64,000 nt of DNA from the IMG/VR virus record IMGVR_UViG_3300032103_000073; one strand, given 5' to 3'. The notes below the pieces were generated by a model that was not told the DNA's origin, did not search any database, and was given only the letters and a program-made list of their open reading frames with translations. The translations under genes and the position numbers were made by a program. Each line of letters starts with the position of its first letter. Position 1 is the first letter of the stretch. The stretch comes from a virus (Duplodnaviria > Heunggongvirae > Uroviricota > Caudoviricetes). Shown here piece by piece: positions 46,055-54,389 of the stretch.

Positions 46055-46380
46055 AAGAACAAGTGCTAACAACATTAAAATTCCCAGTCGATGTTTATTG
46101 CGGCAATGGCGGCGACTATGAATTTATGAGAGACCGACACTATTGGTATGTTTGGCTACGACATAACATGCCGGATGCCAACGTGACGATAACCGATCAT
46201 GCTAGTGATTGCGACAAAGCACATATTTGGTTTAGTAGCGCCGAAGATGTTTTTATTTTTAATTTGAAATTTACCAATTTTCGAGGCGATGCAAATCATG
46301 CTCAACTGCCATGCATAACATGGTGGGATGTTGAAAAAGAATTAGAATTGGATTTTATGAGCAAACAGCTTGGTGCATGA
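46051..46380 (+). CDS. LRWS-array protein 10 with a C-terminal extension
   Basis: Internal FSSAEDVFIFNLKF. Confidence 0.6.
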   Translation: MKEQVLTTLKFPVDVYCGNGGDYEFMRDRHYWYVWLRHNMPDANVTITDHASDCDKAHIWFSSAEDVFIFNLKFTNFRGDANHAQLPCITWWDVEKELELDFMSKQLGA

Positions 46381-46502
46381 GTTTATTAAAAATAGGCTAA
46401 AGAGTTAAATACTATTAGAATTGCATCAGTAGATGCAGTCTTTTGATCCTCTAGGACTCCGGCGAGAGTTTCCTCAGAGGCTCGTTTTAAAAAGGAAATA
46501 TC

Positions 46503-46802
46503 ATGCTAAAGAAAATTTTAGATTGGTTTTTTGGTAAGAACGAGCAGCCAGCAGAGCCGGCAGCTCCATATAAAGTAGAAGCACCTGTAATTGTGCCGAC
46601 CGCTGATGCACCGTTTCCGATTGTAGAAACACCTGCTCCGATAGTTGAAATTGCACCTGTTACAGTTAAGGCCAAATATAAAAAAGCGGACCTAAACAAG
46701 ATGACTAAAAAAGAACTAGTTGAGTTAGCTGCTAAACACAGCGTCGAAATCAAGGCTCGTGCTACTAAAGAAGAACTAGTAAAAGTTCTTGCTAAAGTTT
46801 AA
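46503..46802 (+). CDS. Protein with a C-terminal Rho-N/HeH-like domain
   Basis: LNKMTKKELVELA..KATKEELV; AAGGA SD. Confidence 0.7.
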   Translation: MLKKILDWFFGKNEQPAEPAAPYKVEAPVIVPTADAPFPIVETPAPIVEIAPVTVKAKYKKADLNKMTKKELVELAAKHSVEIKARATKEELVKVLAKV

Positions 46803-46852
46803 AAACTTTGTTATAATGTAAAGGAGCAGTGCTCCTTTACTCTTAAATTTAA

Positions 46853-47092
46853 ATGACTACAAAACCTACTGCAAGTTTAGAACAACGTTTTAACGAACTG
46901 TTAGAACAAGAACGTTCTATCATTAAAAAAATGAACACTGCTCTTAGGGCAGGCGCTAATCCTACGATTATTGGACAGTTTGAGTTTATGCTAGAAGAAT
47001 GTAAATTCCAACAGCAAGAAGTTAGAGTATTGCAGCAAAATGCAGCCCAAGAAGGCAAGACTGACTTTGGCAATTTCTTAAGCATTGGCTAA
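46853..47092 (+). CDS. Hypothetical helical protein
   Basis: ORF coupled to the dnaE fragment. Confidence 0.6.
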   Translation: MTTKPTASLEQRFNELLEQERSIIKKMNTALRAGANPTIIGQFEFMLEECKFQQQEVRVLQQNAAQEGKTDFGNFLSIG

Positions 47093-47574
47093 TGATAACA
47101 AAAGACGGATTCATGTTAGTAGAAGAACAAGACATTATAGAACTAATGCTGGCTAATCGTCGGGTAAAAATATTACCCAGCAATAAAACAGCATTTGGCA
47201 CATTTGCAAAACAGTGCAAAACATACGGTTTAAACTTACCGTTTTCTTTAGCAGAAGAAAAAGATGTTATGCAATGGAACATGCCAGATGAATTTAAAAT
47301 ATTAGATTTAGAAAAGTTTATTGATTCTCAACATCCTAAATTGGACAAGAAACAATGGGCAAGAGTTAAATCAGAGCTAGCAGAGTTTGAGCAACGAGGG
47401 CTAAATGACCTACTAAGGTTTTTGTGCTATTTTGTATCTGTTCTTAGAACTAACAACATTATATATGGCGTAGGTCGAGGTAGTAGTATTGCCAGCTATG
47501 TGCTATTCTTAATAGGCGTGCATAGGATCGACAGCTTTAAATTTAATCTAGACATTAAGGAATTCTTAAAATGA
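47092..47574 (+). CDS. Stand-alone fragment of DNA polymerase III alpha (DnaE)
   Basis: SELAEFEQRG..YFVS.., GVGRGSSIASYVLFLIGVHRID..L. Confidence 0.85.
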   Translation: MITKDGFMLVEEQDIIELMLANRRVKILPSNKTAFGTFAKQCKTYGLNLPFSLAEEKDVMQWNMPDEFKILDLEKFIDSQHPKLDKKQWARVKSELAEFEQRGLNDLLRFLCYFVSVLRTNNIIYGVGRGSSIASYVLFLIGVHRIDSFKFNLDIKEFLK

Positions 47575-47939
47575 GCAAACATAAAACCAGCCGAGGGCGC
47601 GAGTTTAACATGCAGGCCTTTGTCACAACACAAGGCGACAAAATTGCAGTTGGCAATAGCAGCAGAAATGCTCGCGGAGACCTGCTAGGACCCGGCGGGA
47701 CTGTTATTGCTACCAAGCAGGAAATTGCCAGCCGGGTGCACGAGCAAAATACAAGACCTGCTGCTAGCAAGGTTAAACTAAATCCATTAGACCAAGAAGT
47801 CAATAGAAAAGAAGTTGTCGGTGCTGATGGTGTTAAGCGAACAGAAATTACCTATGCTGATGGCAGCGTAGAAATTGTTGTTGCAGAGACAGCTAAATCT
47901 CAAGACAACGAAAACATTGATTTTGGAGACTTAAATTGA
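47571..47939 (+). CDS. Hypothetical protein
   Basis: AVGNSSRNARGDLLGPGG. Confidence 0.65.
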   Translation: MSKHKTSRGREFNMQAFVTTQGDKIAVGNSSRNARGDLLGPGGTVIATKQEIASRVHEQNTRPAASKVKLNPLDQEVNRKEVVGADGVKRTEITYADGSVEIVVAETAKSQDNENIDFGDLN

Positions 47940-48304
47940 TTATTCATCCTTTACCGGGTAATATTTTTGCAGTGTTGCAGCTAGGCGAACGTGTGAGCCA
48001 AGGCGGCATTGTGCTTATGGACGATAATGGAAAAAACAGCGGTATCAGACCTCGCTGGGCAAAGATTTGGAAAGTAGCCGAAGATATTACAGATGTCAAG
48101 CCAGGACAATGGGCACTTTGCGAACACGGGCGCTGGACTATGCGTATCAAAATCAAAGACGAAAACAATCAAGATTTTGAGTTTGTAAAACTTGATCCAA
48201 ATGGCATATTGGCTGTCCAAGATGAAGAACCACAGGATCAACAAATCGGTGATACTTTTGACAGCGGCTCATCTGTTCGTCCTGAAGACTTTGGCGCTCG
48301 CTAA
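47936..48304 (+). CDS. groES: GroES-like co-chaperonin
   Basis: IHPLPGNIF, GGIVL, DVKPGQWAL. Confidence 0.75.
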   Translation: MIIHPLPGNIFAVLQLGERVSQGGIVLMDDNGKNSGIRPRWAKIWKVAEDITDVKPGQWALCEHGRWTMRIKIKDENNQDFEFVKLDPNGILAVQDEEPQDQQIGDTFDSGSSVRPEDFGAR

Positions 48305-48306
48305 AG

Positions 48307-48335
48307 TTGACTTTTCTTATAACTTACTATACAAT
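48307..48335 (+). promoter_or_regulatory. sigma70-type promoter
   Basis: TTGACT-17nt-TACAAT. Confidence 0.7.
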
Positions 48336-48341
48336 TAGTCT

Positions 48342-49286
48342 ATGACTACAAATAACTATCTTTGGATTGAAAAGTATCGTCCTTCTACAATGAAGGACTA
48401 TGTTTGGATTGAACCTGCACAAAAACAAATGGTCGAAGGCTGGATCAAAAACAAAAATATTCCTCACTTGCTATTAAGCGGACCGCCGGGTACAGGTAAA
48501 ACTACTCTAGCAAAAATGCTATGCAACGAGCTAGAAGTGCAACGTGCAGACATTATGTTCATCAACGCCAGTCACGAAACAGGTGTTGATAATCTACGTG
48601 ATAAAGTCAGCAACTTTTGTCGTAGTATGGCGTTTGGCGACTTCCGTGTTATTATCCTAGACGAGGCTGATTACTTAAGTCCCAACGCACAAGGTGTATT
48701 GCGAGGCATGCTAGAACAATATGCCAGTGTTGCTCGCTTTATCTTAACTTGCAATATGCCTCACAAGATTATGCCAGCACTGCACAGCCGTTGCCAGGGG
48801 TTTAGTTTCCATCATTTAGACGAAACCGAGTTTATGGTTCGTTTGGGACAGATTCTAGCAGATGAGGGTTGTGATTTCGATGTAGAGACACTGCAAAGTT
48901 TTGTTAAAGCAACTTATCCGGATTTGCGCAAGGCAATCAACACAGCTCAACAATACAGCTCAACAGGCACTCTAGTATTGCCGCAGGCTGGACAAGCAAC
49001 TGATACTAGCGAATGGAAGCTAGAAGCAATTGCTATGTTCCAAAATGGTAAAGTAAGACAAGCCCGTGAACATATTTGCAAAAAAATTACGTTGGAGGAG
49101 TACGAAGAAGTTTATCGCTTCTTGTATCGTAATTTAGAGTTTTGGGGCGACGATGAAGATACTCAAGACGCGGCAATCATCTTGATTAAAGAAGGTATGG
49201 TCAATCATACCATGTGTGCAGACCCGGAAATAAATCTCAGTGCGACGATTGTCAAACTTGACCGTCTGCGTAGAGGTATATTTTAA
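48342..49286 (+). CDS. Sliding-clamp loader (RFC small subunit / T4 gp44-like)
   Basis: WIEKYRP, GPPGTGKT, INAS, LDEAD, SRC. Confidence 0.95.
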   Translation: MTTNNYLWIEKYRPSTMKDYVWIEPAQKQMVEGWIKNKNIPHLLLSGPPGTGKTTLAKMLCNELEVQRADIMFINASHETGVDNLRDKVSNFCRSMAFGDFRVIILDEADYLSPNAQGVLRGMLEQYASVARFILTCNMPHKIMPALHSRCQGFSFHHLDETEFMVRLGQILADEGCDFDVETLQSFVKATYPDLRKAINTAQQYSSTGTLVLPQAGQATDTSEWKLEAIAMFQNGKVRQAREHICKKITLEEYEEVYRFLYRNLEFWGDDEDTQDAAIILIKEGMVNHTMCADPEINLSATIVKLDRLRRGIF

Positions 49287-49322
49287 ACTGTGGTTGCAAG
49301 ACCCAAGAGCCTGACAGTTTAA

Positions 49323-50042
49323 TTATTCACCGTATATTTTCAATACCTCTGCTACAGCAGGGTGGCGTTCTACGTCTCTCTGCTCAAATTCAGCTACTCC
49401 GATCATCTTACTAGATGTAGTAGTCAAACGTGCAATAAAGTCCTTTAGACCGTTGGCTTCAAAGCCCCGGTCATGTTGGGCTAAGTCTCCGGTACAAAAT
49501 ATTCTACTGTTATTGCCGATGCGAGTTAGTAGCATCTTCATTTGACTTGGTGTAGCGTTTTGCATTTCATCTGCTAATAGGATTGCGTTTTCGAATGTTC
49601 GTCCCCTCATATAGGCTAAAGGTGCCACCTCAATAACATTCTCCTCAATCATATTTTCAATATATTTCGGGCTCCAGTATTGCTCGAATACATCAAAGAT
49701 TGGGCGTGTCCAAGGTGCCATCTTGTCGATAAGCGTGCCAGGCAAGAAACCATGTTGTTCGTCAACACTTACTGCTGGTCTTGTAATTACAATTTTTTGA
49801 ATTCTGCCCGCCTTTAACTCTCGTACTGCTAGTAAACAAGCCAACAGAGTTTTACCCGTACCTGCTGGTCCGATGGCAAAAACTATGCTTTTTCGTTGAT
49901 CTTCTAACAGAGCAAGATAATCTTCCTGACGTATGTTTTTAGGCAGGATTTCTACTTGCTTTTGGCGTTCTTTGCGATATTTCTCAATGTGCAGAACTGC
50001 TGCGTGTTCCTGTGGTTGAACACGTTGTTTTCGTTTAGTCAT
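49323..50042 (-). CDS. phoH: PhoH family ATPase
   Basis: GPAGTGKT, GFLPG, MRGRTF, DEMQN, TGDLAQ; GGAGGAG SD places the start at 50042. Confidence 0.95.
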   Translation of the reverse strand: MTKRKQRVQPQEHAAVLHIEKYRKERQKQVEILPKNIRQEDYLALLEDQRKSIVFAIGPAGTGKTLLACLLAVRELKAGRIQKIVITRPAVSVDEQHGFLPGTLIDKMAPWTRPIFDVFEQYWSPKYIENMIEENVIEVAPLAYMRGRTFENAILLADEMQNATPSQMKMLLTRIGNNSRIFCTGDLAQHDRGFEANGLKDFIARLTTTSSKMIGVAEFEQRDVERHPAVAEVLKIYGE

Positions 50043-50174
50043 TCTAACTCCTCCATTATTGGAATGTTTAGTCTGACTCTTGGTCTTGCTTTCCACAATA
50101 GTATTTAACCTCGTCTTTAGTTTCCTAGCCATTATAGTATATTTTTCGGTAAATACATAAAATAGGAAACTTTC

Positions 50175-51974
50175 ATGGGAATAATCCATCATAACAATTT
50201 TGCATATTTAAAAGGGCCTAAAGGTGACAGGGGCTCTATCGGTCCCGCCGGTGACCGAGGCTTAAAAGGTGATAAGGGAGATCGTGGCGACCGCGGACCG
50301 CAAGGGCTAGCTGCTGATAATAGTATTATTAGAGGCTTAATCAGCGGCACTGCTCCTATCATCTATAACGAAATCACCGGTGAAATTAGTTTTGATATTG
50401 CATCATACGCTACTAAAGAATACGTAGATACTAGTGTAAATAATAGCTTATTGTTAAGTACCGACGATCTAGTAGAAGGCAATTTAAATTTATACTATAC
50501 AGATGCTAGAACTAGAACAGCCCTGCTCGGCGGCACTGGTGTTATATATAATCCATCAACTGGGGAAATTGCTATAGGGCAAAGTGTTGCAACTACAGAT
50601 AACGTTATATTTGCAGATATTCGCGCATCAGGATCTGTACAAATCGACGGTGACTTAATTGTCAGCGGAACAACTGTTACCGTAAATGCAACTAACTTGT
50701 CTGTTTCTGATAATTTAATTTACTTAAACGACGGAAATGCAACTGCTAACCCAGACTTAGGTTTTGCAGGTAATTATAACGATGGTAATTATGCTCATGC
50801 TGGATTTTTTAGAGATGCTACCGATGGTTATTGGAAAGTATTTGATAGTTATACATTAGAACCCGATGCTAGTCTTTATTTAGATATCACACATCCTAGC
50901 TTTAACCTAGCTAAAATACAAGCTACCGAATTTAAAGGTCTAGCAACTGCTGCTGCAAAATTAAATGTTGCTAGAACTATTAGCGGAGTTGCTTTCGACG
51001 GAACAGAAAATATTTCCCTAACTACAGATAATATAGCGGAAGGAACTAATCAATATTTTACCAATGCTAAAGCAAGAACAAGCATAAGTGTTGCAGGCTC
51101 GTTAAACTATAACCCAACAAGCGGGGTTATCAGTTATACAGCTCCAACTTATTCTACCGTTGCTACTACGGGTAGTTATAGTGATTTAACTAACAAGCCA
51201 GTGTATTCTACAGTTGCTACTACTGGTAGCTACAGTGACTTAACTAACAAGCCTACATTAGCAACAATTGCTACAACTGGTAATTATAGTGATTTAACTA
51301 ACAAGCCGGTGTATTCTACAGTTGCTACTACTGGTAGCTACGTTGACTTAACTAACAAGCCTACATTAGCAACAGTTGCTACTACGGGTAGTTATAGTGA
51401 TTTAACTAACAAGCCGTTTATACCAGCTTACTTAACAGATTTAAGTATAGTAGATGGATCAAACGGACAAGTATTAGGTACAAATGGTGCCGGCCAATTT
51501 ACATTTGTCAGCATCGAACCTAGTATCCCAGTCAATGGTACAATACAAGGGGAAGAAATCGTATTCGGAGATAATCCAAGTATCGGCGGAACTTATCTCA
51601 ATACACTACACCCTGTTGCTACTAGCGGCAACTATAATGCACTGAATAATTTGCCCTCTATTCCTAGCGCAGTTAGTCAATTGGCCAATGATAGCGGCTA
51701 TATTACCAGCGTATCATGGACGCAGGTTGCCGGGAAACCAGTATTTGCAGATGTTGCTACAACCGGTAGCTATACAGATCTAGCTAATAAACCTTTTATT
51801 CCTAGCGATTTAAATCAACTTACAGATTTGACAGGAATTATCGCCAATTTACGTCCAGGATCATGGAACGACTTAACTGACAAGCCAGAAGTAATTAGCT
51901 TAACTGATTTAAAAACCATTGTAGCAGCCAGCAACGATTTTGCCGACTTTAAGACTAGAATTGCAAATCTATAA
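50175..51974 (+). CDS. Fibre/structural protein with collagen and SYSDLTNKP repeats
   Basis: G-x-x collagen run; TDDLVEG..LYYT motifs; tandem 18-aa repeats. Confidence 0.75.
   Translation: MGIIHHNNFAYLKGPKGDRGSIGPAGDRGLKGDKGDRGDRGPQGLAADNSIIRGLISGTAPIIYNEITGEISFDIASYATKEYVDTSVNNSLLLSTDDLVEGNLNLYYTDARTRTALLGGTGVIYNPSTGEIAIGQSVATTDNVIFADIRASGSVQIDGDLIVSGTTVTVNATNLSVSDNLIYLNDGNATANPDLGFAGNYNDGNYAHAGFFRDATDGYWKVFDSYTLEPDASLYLDITHPSFNLAKIQATEFKGLATAAAKLNVARTISGVAFDGTENISLTTDNIAEGTNQYFTNAKARTSISVAGSLNYNPTSGVISYTAPTYSTVATTGSYSDLTNKPVYSTVATTGSYSDLTNKPTLATIATTGNYSDLTNKPVYSTVATTGSYVDLTNKPTLATVATTGSYSDLTNKPFIPAYLTDLSIVDGSNGQVLGTNGAGQFTFVSIEPSIPVNGTIQGEEIVFGDNPSIGGTYLNTLHPVATSGNYNALNNLPSIPSAVSQLANDSGYITSVSWTQVAGKPVFADVATTGSYTDLANKPFIPSDLNQLTDLTGIIANLRPGSWNDLTDKPEVISLTDLKTIVAASNDFADFKTRIANL
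51150..51416 (+). repeat. Five tandem 54-bp repeats (x-STVATTGSYSDLTNKP)
   Basis: Read directly; the last four units alternate V-YST / T-LAT as a 108-bp higher-order pair. Confidence 0.9.
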
Positions 51975-52000
51975 GCTAGGCCTTTTAACTAAATATACAT

Positions 52001-52546
52001 ATGATTGATATTGATCTAATTTACACTACACTAGACGACGTTTATGGAAACGAAAACGTTCTAGATATTCTTGTCGAATTCGAACGAGTCTTCGACGAGT
52101 TAGACGTTTACGTTTATAAAAATTGGCTAAAAGGTGAAATCGTAGAAGGTCCGAAAATCGACCGCTATTGGATCACTGTTAGCTTAATGTATCCGGAAAA
52201 ACTAATGCCTGATCCAGAAGGAGCTATGCGTTTAATCGACCATGGTTGTAAAGTATGGATGGGCAAAGATACGCTCAAGCACGTGGCTAAAATCACAGGT
52301 GATGATAGTCTAGAACAGGATCCCGAAACAGGCAAACAACAAGCTAAAATTATAGAAAGCCCGGTTTGGATCGTAAAAGTCACAATGCCTAGACACTTTG
52401 TTGACGAAGTACAAACAGATCAGGTACAAGCAGGCGATACAACTATTGACATGGACGCCGTCTCGGACGCTTATGACGAGAATTTAAACAGCGATGAAGC
52501 AGCTAAAGGTAATGCAGCAGATGAAACAGAACAACCAGCTCAATGA
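52001..52546 (+). CDS. Hypothetical large-phage protein
   Basis: YVYKNW..GEIVEGP...MPDPEGA; CTAAATA upstream. Confidence 0.75.
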   Translation: MIDIDLIYTTLDDVYGNENVLDILVEFERVFDELDVYVYKNWLKGEIVEGPKIDRYWITVSLMYPEKLMPDPEGAMRLIDHGCKVWMGKDTLKHVAKITGDDSLEQDPETGKQQAKIIESPVWIVKVTMPRHFVDEVQTDQVQAGDTTIDMDAVSDAYDENLNSDEAAKGNAADETEQPAQ

Positions 52547-53063
52547 ACACCTAAGTGAAAATGACCTTAAATGGTTAGTAGACGATTGTGTTCTTATTGA
52601 TATGCACAAGACAAAACTAGGCGAGGACCGTGACTATATCGTTCTCAGTATTGCAGTAAATGATCGAACACCTGCGCATGATCTAGCTAGATTTGTAGAA
52701 AACAGCGTTTACAAGTATGAAGATGTCGAAGTAAGTCCGGCAACAGATAGTCGAGGGCGTTATCTTGTTTATATCGAAATGAAGCGAGACTCGTCTGTCT
52801 TTGAATCTATCAATGGCATTCTATCCGATAGCAATAAACTAACCGGCATCGAGCAATGGAAGTTTAAAACTATGGGTGTAAATGAACCCGTTGATTTTGA
52901 CCAAGAAACTTTTAATCAATTAGTCAGTACAGATCCCGCAGATTACGATCAGCGTCATCCAAAACAAGAAGAACCAGCAGAAGTAGAACCTGCATTAGAA
53001 CCAGTCGAGCCAACTGTAGAAGAATCAATTAAGTCTCGATTGAAATTTTTGATGAATTATTAA
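52494..53063 (+). CDS. Hypothetical protein
   Basis: [21 protein letters not shown]; start uncertain. Confidence 0.65.
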   Translation: MKQLKVMQQMKQNNQLNEHLSENDLKWLVDDCVLIDMHKTKLGEDRDYIVLSIAVNDRTPAHDLARFVENSVYKYEDVEVSPATDSRGRYLVYIEMKRDSSVFESINGILSDSNKLTGIEQWKFKTMGVNEPVDFDQETFNQLVSTDPADYDQRHPKQEEPAEVEPALEPVEPTVEESIKSRLKFLMNY

Positions 53064-53287
53064 TGAGCAAAGAAGATTTAATTAAAATTAAAGGGCGTGT
53101 TGTAGAGTGTTTGCCAAACGCCACTTTTAGAGTAGAGTTGGAAGATATCAAAAAAGTCGTACTTGCAACTATATCAGGTAAAATTAGAAAACATAACATA
53201 AACATATTAAAGCACGATTTAGTCGAGATCGAATTAAGCACATATGATCTAACTAAAGGACGCATTACATTTAGGTATAAATCATGA
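53063..53287 (+). CDS. infA: Translation initiation factor IF-1
   Basis: [40 protein letters not shown]. Confidence 0.95.
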   Translation: MSKEDLIKIKGRVVECLPNATFRVELEDIKKVVLATISGKIRKHNINILKHDLVEIELSTYDLTKGRITFRYKS

Positions 53288-53793
53288 GTCAATTAATATG
53301 GATGATCGATCTAATTCCCAATTGGTTTTGGACATTAGTTCTATGTACAGGACTACTAGCACTAGTTGCTTCATATTTGCTAGGGAAAATTCCTCTAGTC
53401 AGTCAATATAAAATTCCTTTAAGAGTCGGCGGCGTAGTTGCCACTACAATAGGAATTTATTTTTACGGTGTTATTGCCAACGAAGCCAAATGGCAAGCAA
53501 GAGTAAAAGAACTAGAACAAAAGGTTCTAGTAGCAGAAGCAGAAGGCACTAGTGCTAACCAAAAGCTAGCATCTACGCTAGAACAAAATAAACAACTAGC
53601 CAAAGAAAAGGGGCAGGCTGTTATTAGGTATATCGACAAATGGCGCACTAAAGAAATTGTTAAAGAAGTACACGGCGAAGAACGAGTCAGGGTTGAGGAA
53701 GTTATCAAGTACGTGGAAAATTGCCCTGTTCCAAAAGAATTTATAGATATCCATAATCAAGCAGCCGAACGTCCAAAAGGAGCTGCAAAATGA
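53284..53793 (+). CDS. Inner-membrane spanin (Rz-like)
   Basis: N-terminal TMs plus coiled coil, followed by a lipoprotein gene. Confidence 0.6.
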   Translation: MSQLIWMIDLIPNWFWTLVLCTGLLALVASYLLGKIPLVSQYKIPLRVGGVVATTIGIYFYGVIANEAKWQARVKELEQKVLVAEAEGTSANQKLASTLEQNKQLAKEKGQAVIRYIDKWRTKEIVKEVHGEERVRVEEVIKYVENCPVPKEFIDIHNQAAERPKGAAK

Positions 53794-54056
53794 AACCAAT
53801 TGTTTTACTTTTAGCGCTATCGTTAAGTGCCTGCACTAGCTTCTTGCCAAGTAAACCAAAATTCCCAGAACCTACTGCGGGCTTAACTGAACCTTGTCCA
53901 GATTTAAAAAAACTACAAAGTAACGCAGTTGCAATAACCGATCTCTTGCGTAGTGTTGCAGAAAACTATACCATGTACTATCAATGCAGTTTAAAAAATG
54001 ATGGGTGGAATGAATGGTATCGTACCCAAAAAGAAATTTACGATCGAGTAAAATGA
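53790..54056 (+). CDS. Outer-membrane lipoprotein spanin (Rz1-like)
   Basis: LSAC lipobox, Pro-rich, Cys pair. Confidence 0.6.
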   Translation: MKPIVLLLALSLSACTSFLPSKPKFPEPTAGLTEPCPDLKKLQSNAVAITDLLRSVAENYTMYYQCSLKNDGWNEWYRTQKEIYDRVK

Positions 54057-54310
54057 AAATCCTATCACTAGCCAGCTTGGTCGTTTTAACAGGTTGCGCA
54101 ACAGCTGATCCAAACTATCTCCAATATTTAGAACAAACGCAACGTCAATCAGCGGGACAATTGGCAGCAGAATCTGCGTGTCTTTTGGTTTTGGCCGAAG
54201 GAATTAAGCAGGCCGATAACCAAACCAAAACTATACTTGCTAGCCAAATTGATCGTTGCCGAAAAGAACCTGTTAAAATAATGCCGCCAAAAAACTGGTT
54301 AGGTTTATAA
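54053..54310 (+). CDS. Small lipoprotein
   Basis: LTGC lipobox. Confidence 0.6.
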   Translation: MKILSLASLVVLTGCATADPNYLQYLEQTQRQSAGQLAAESACLLVLAEGIKQADNQTKTILASQIDRCRKEPVKIMPPKNWLGL

Positions 54311-54339
54311 TTGACAACGCTAGTCTAATCGTGTATTAT
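54311..54339 (+). promoter_or_regulatory. sigma70-type promoter of clpA
   Basis: TTGACA-17nt-TATTAT. Confidence 0.7.
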
Positions 54340-54389
54340 TACACTATAACGGTTAGTTTAGCCAAACGTTTTTAAAAAGGAAGTAAGTA

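Noticed and set aside
43834-46380. CRISPR array or integron attC sites at the repeated junctions
   Set aside because: The repeats are coding, degenerate and 150-350 nt apart, with no palindromic attC structure and no cas or integrase gene in the window.
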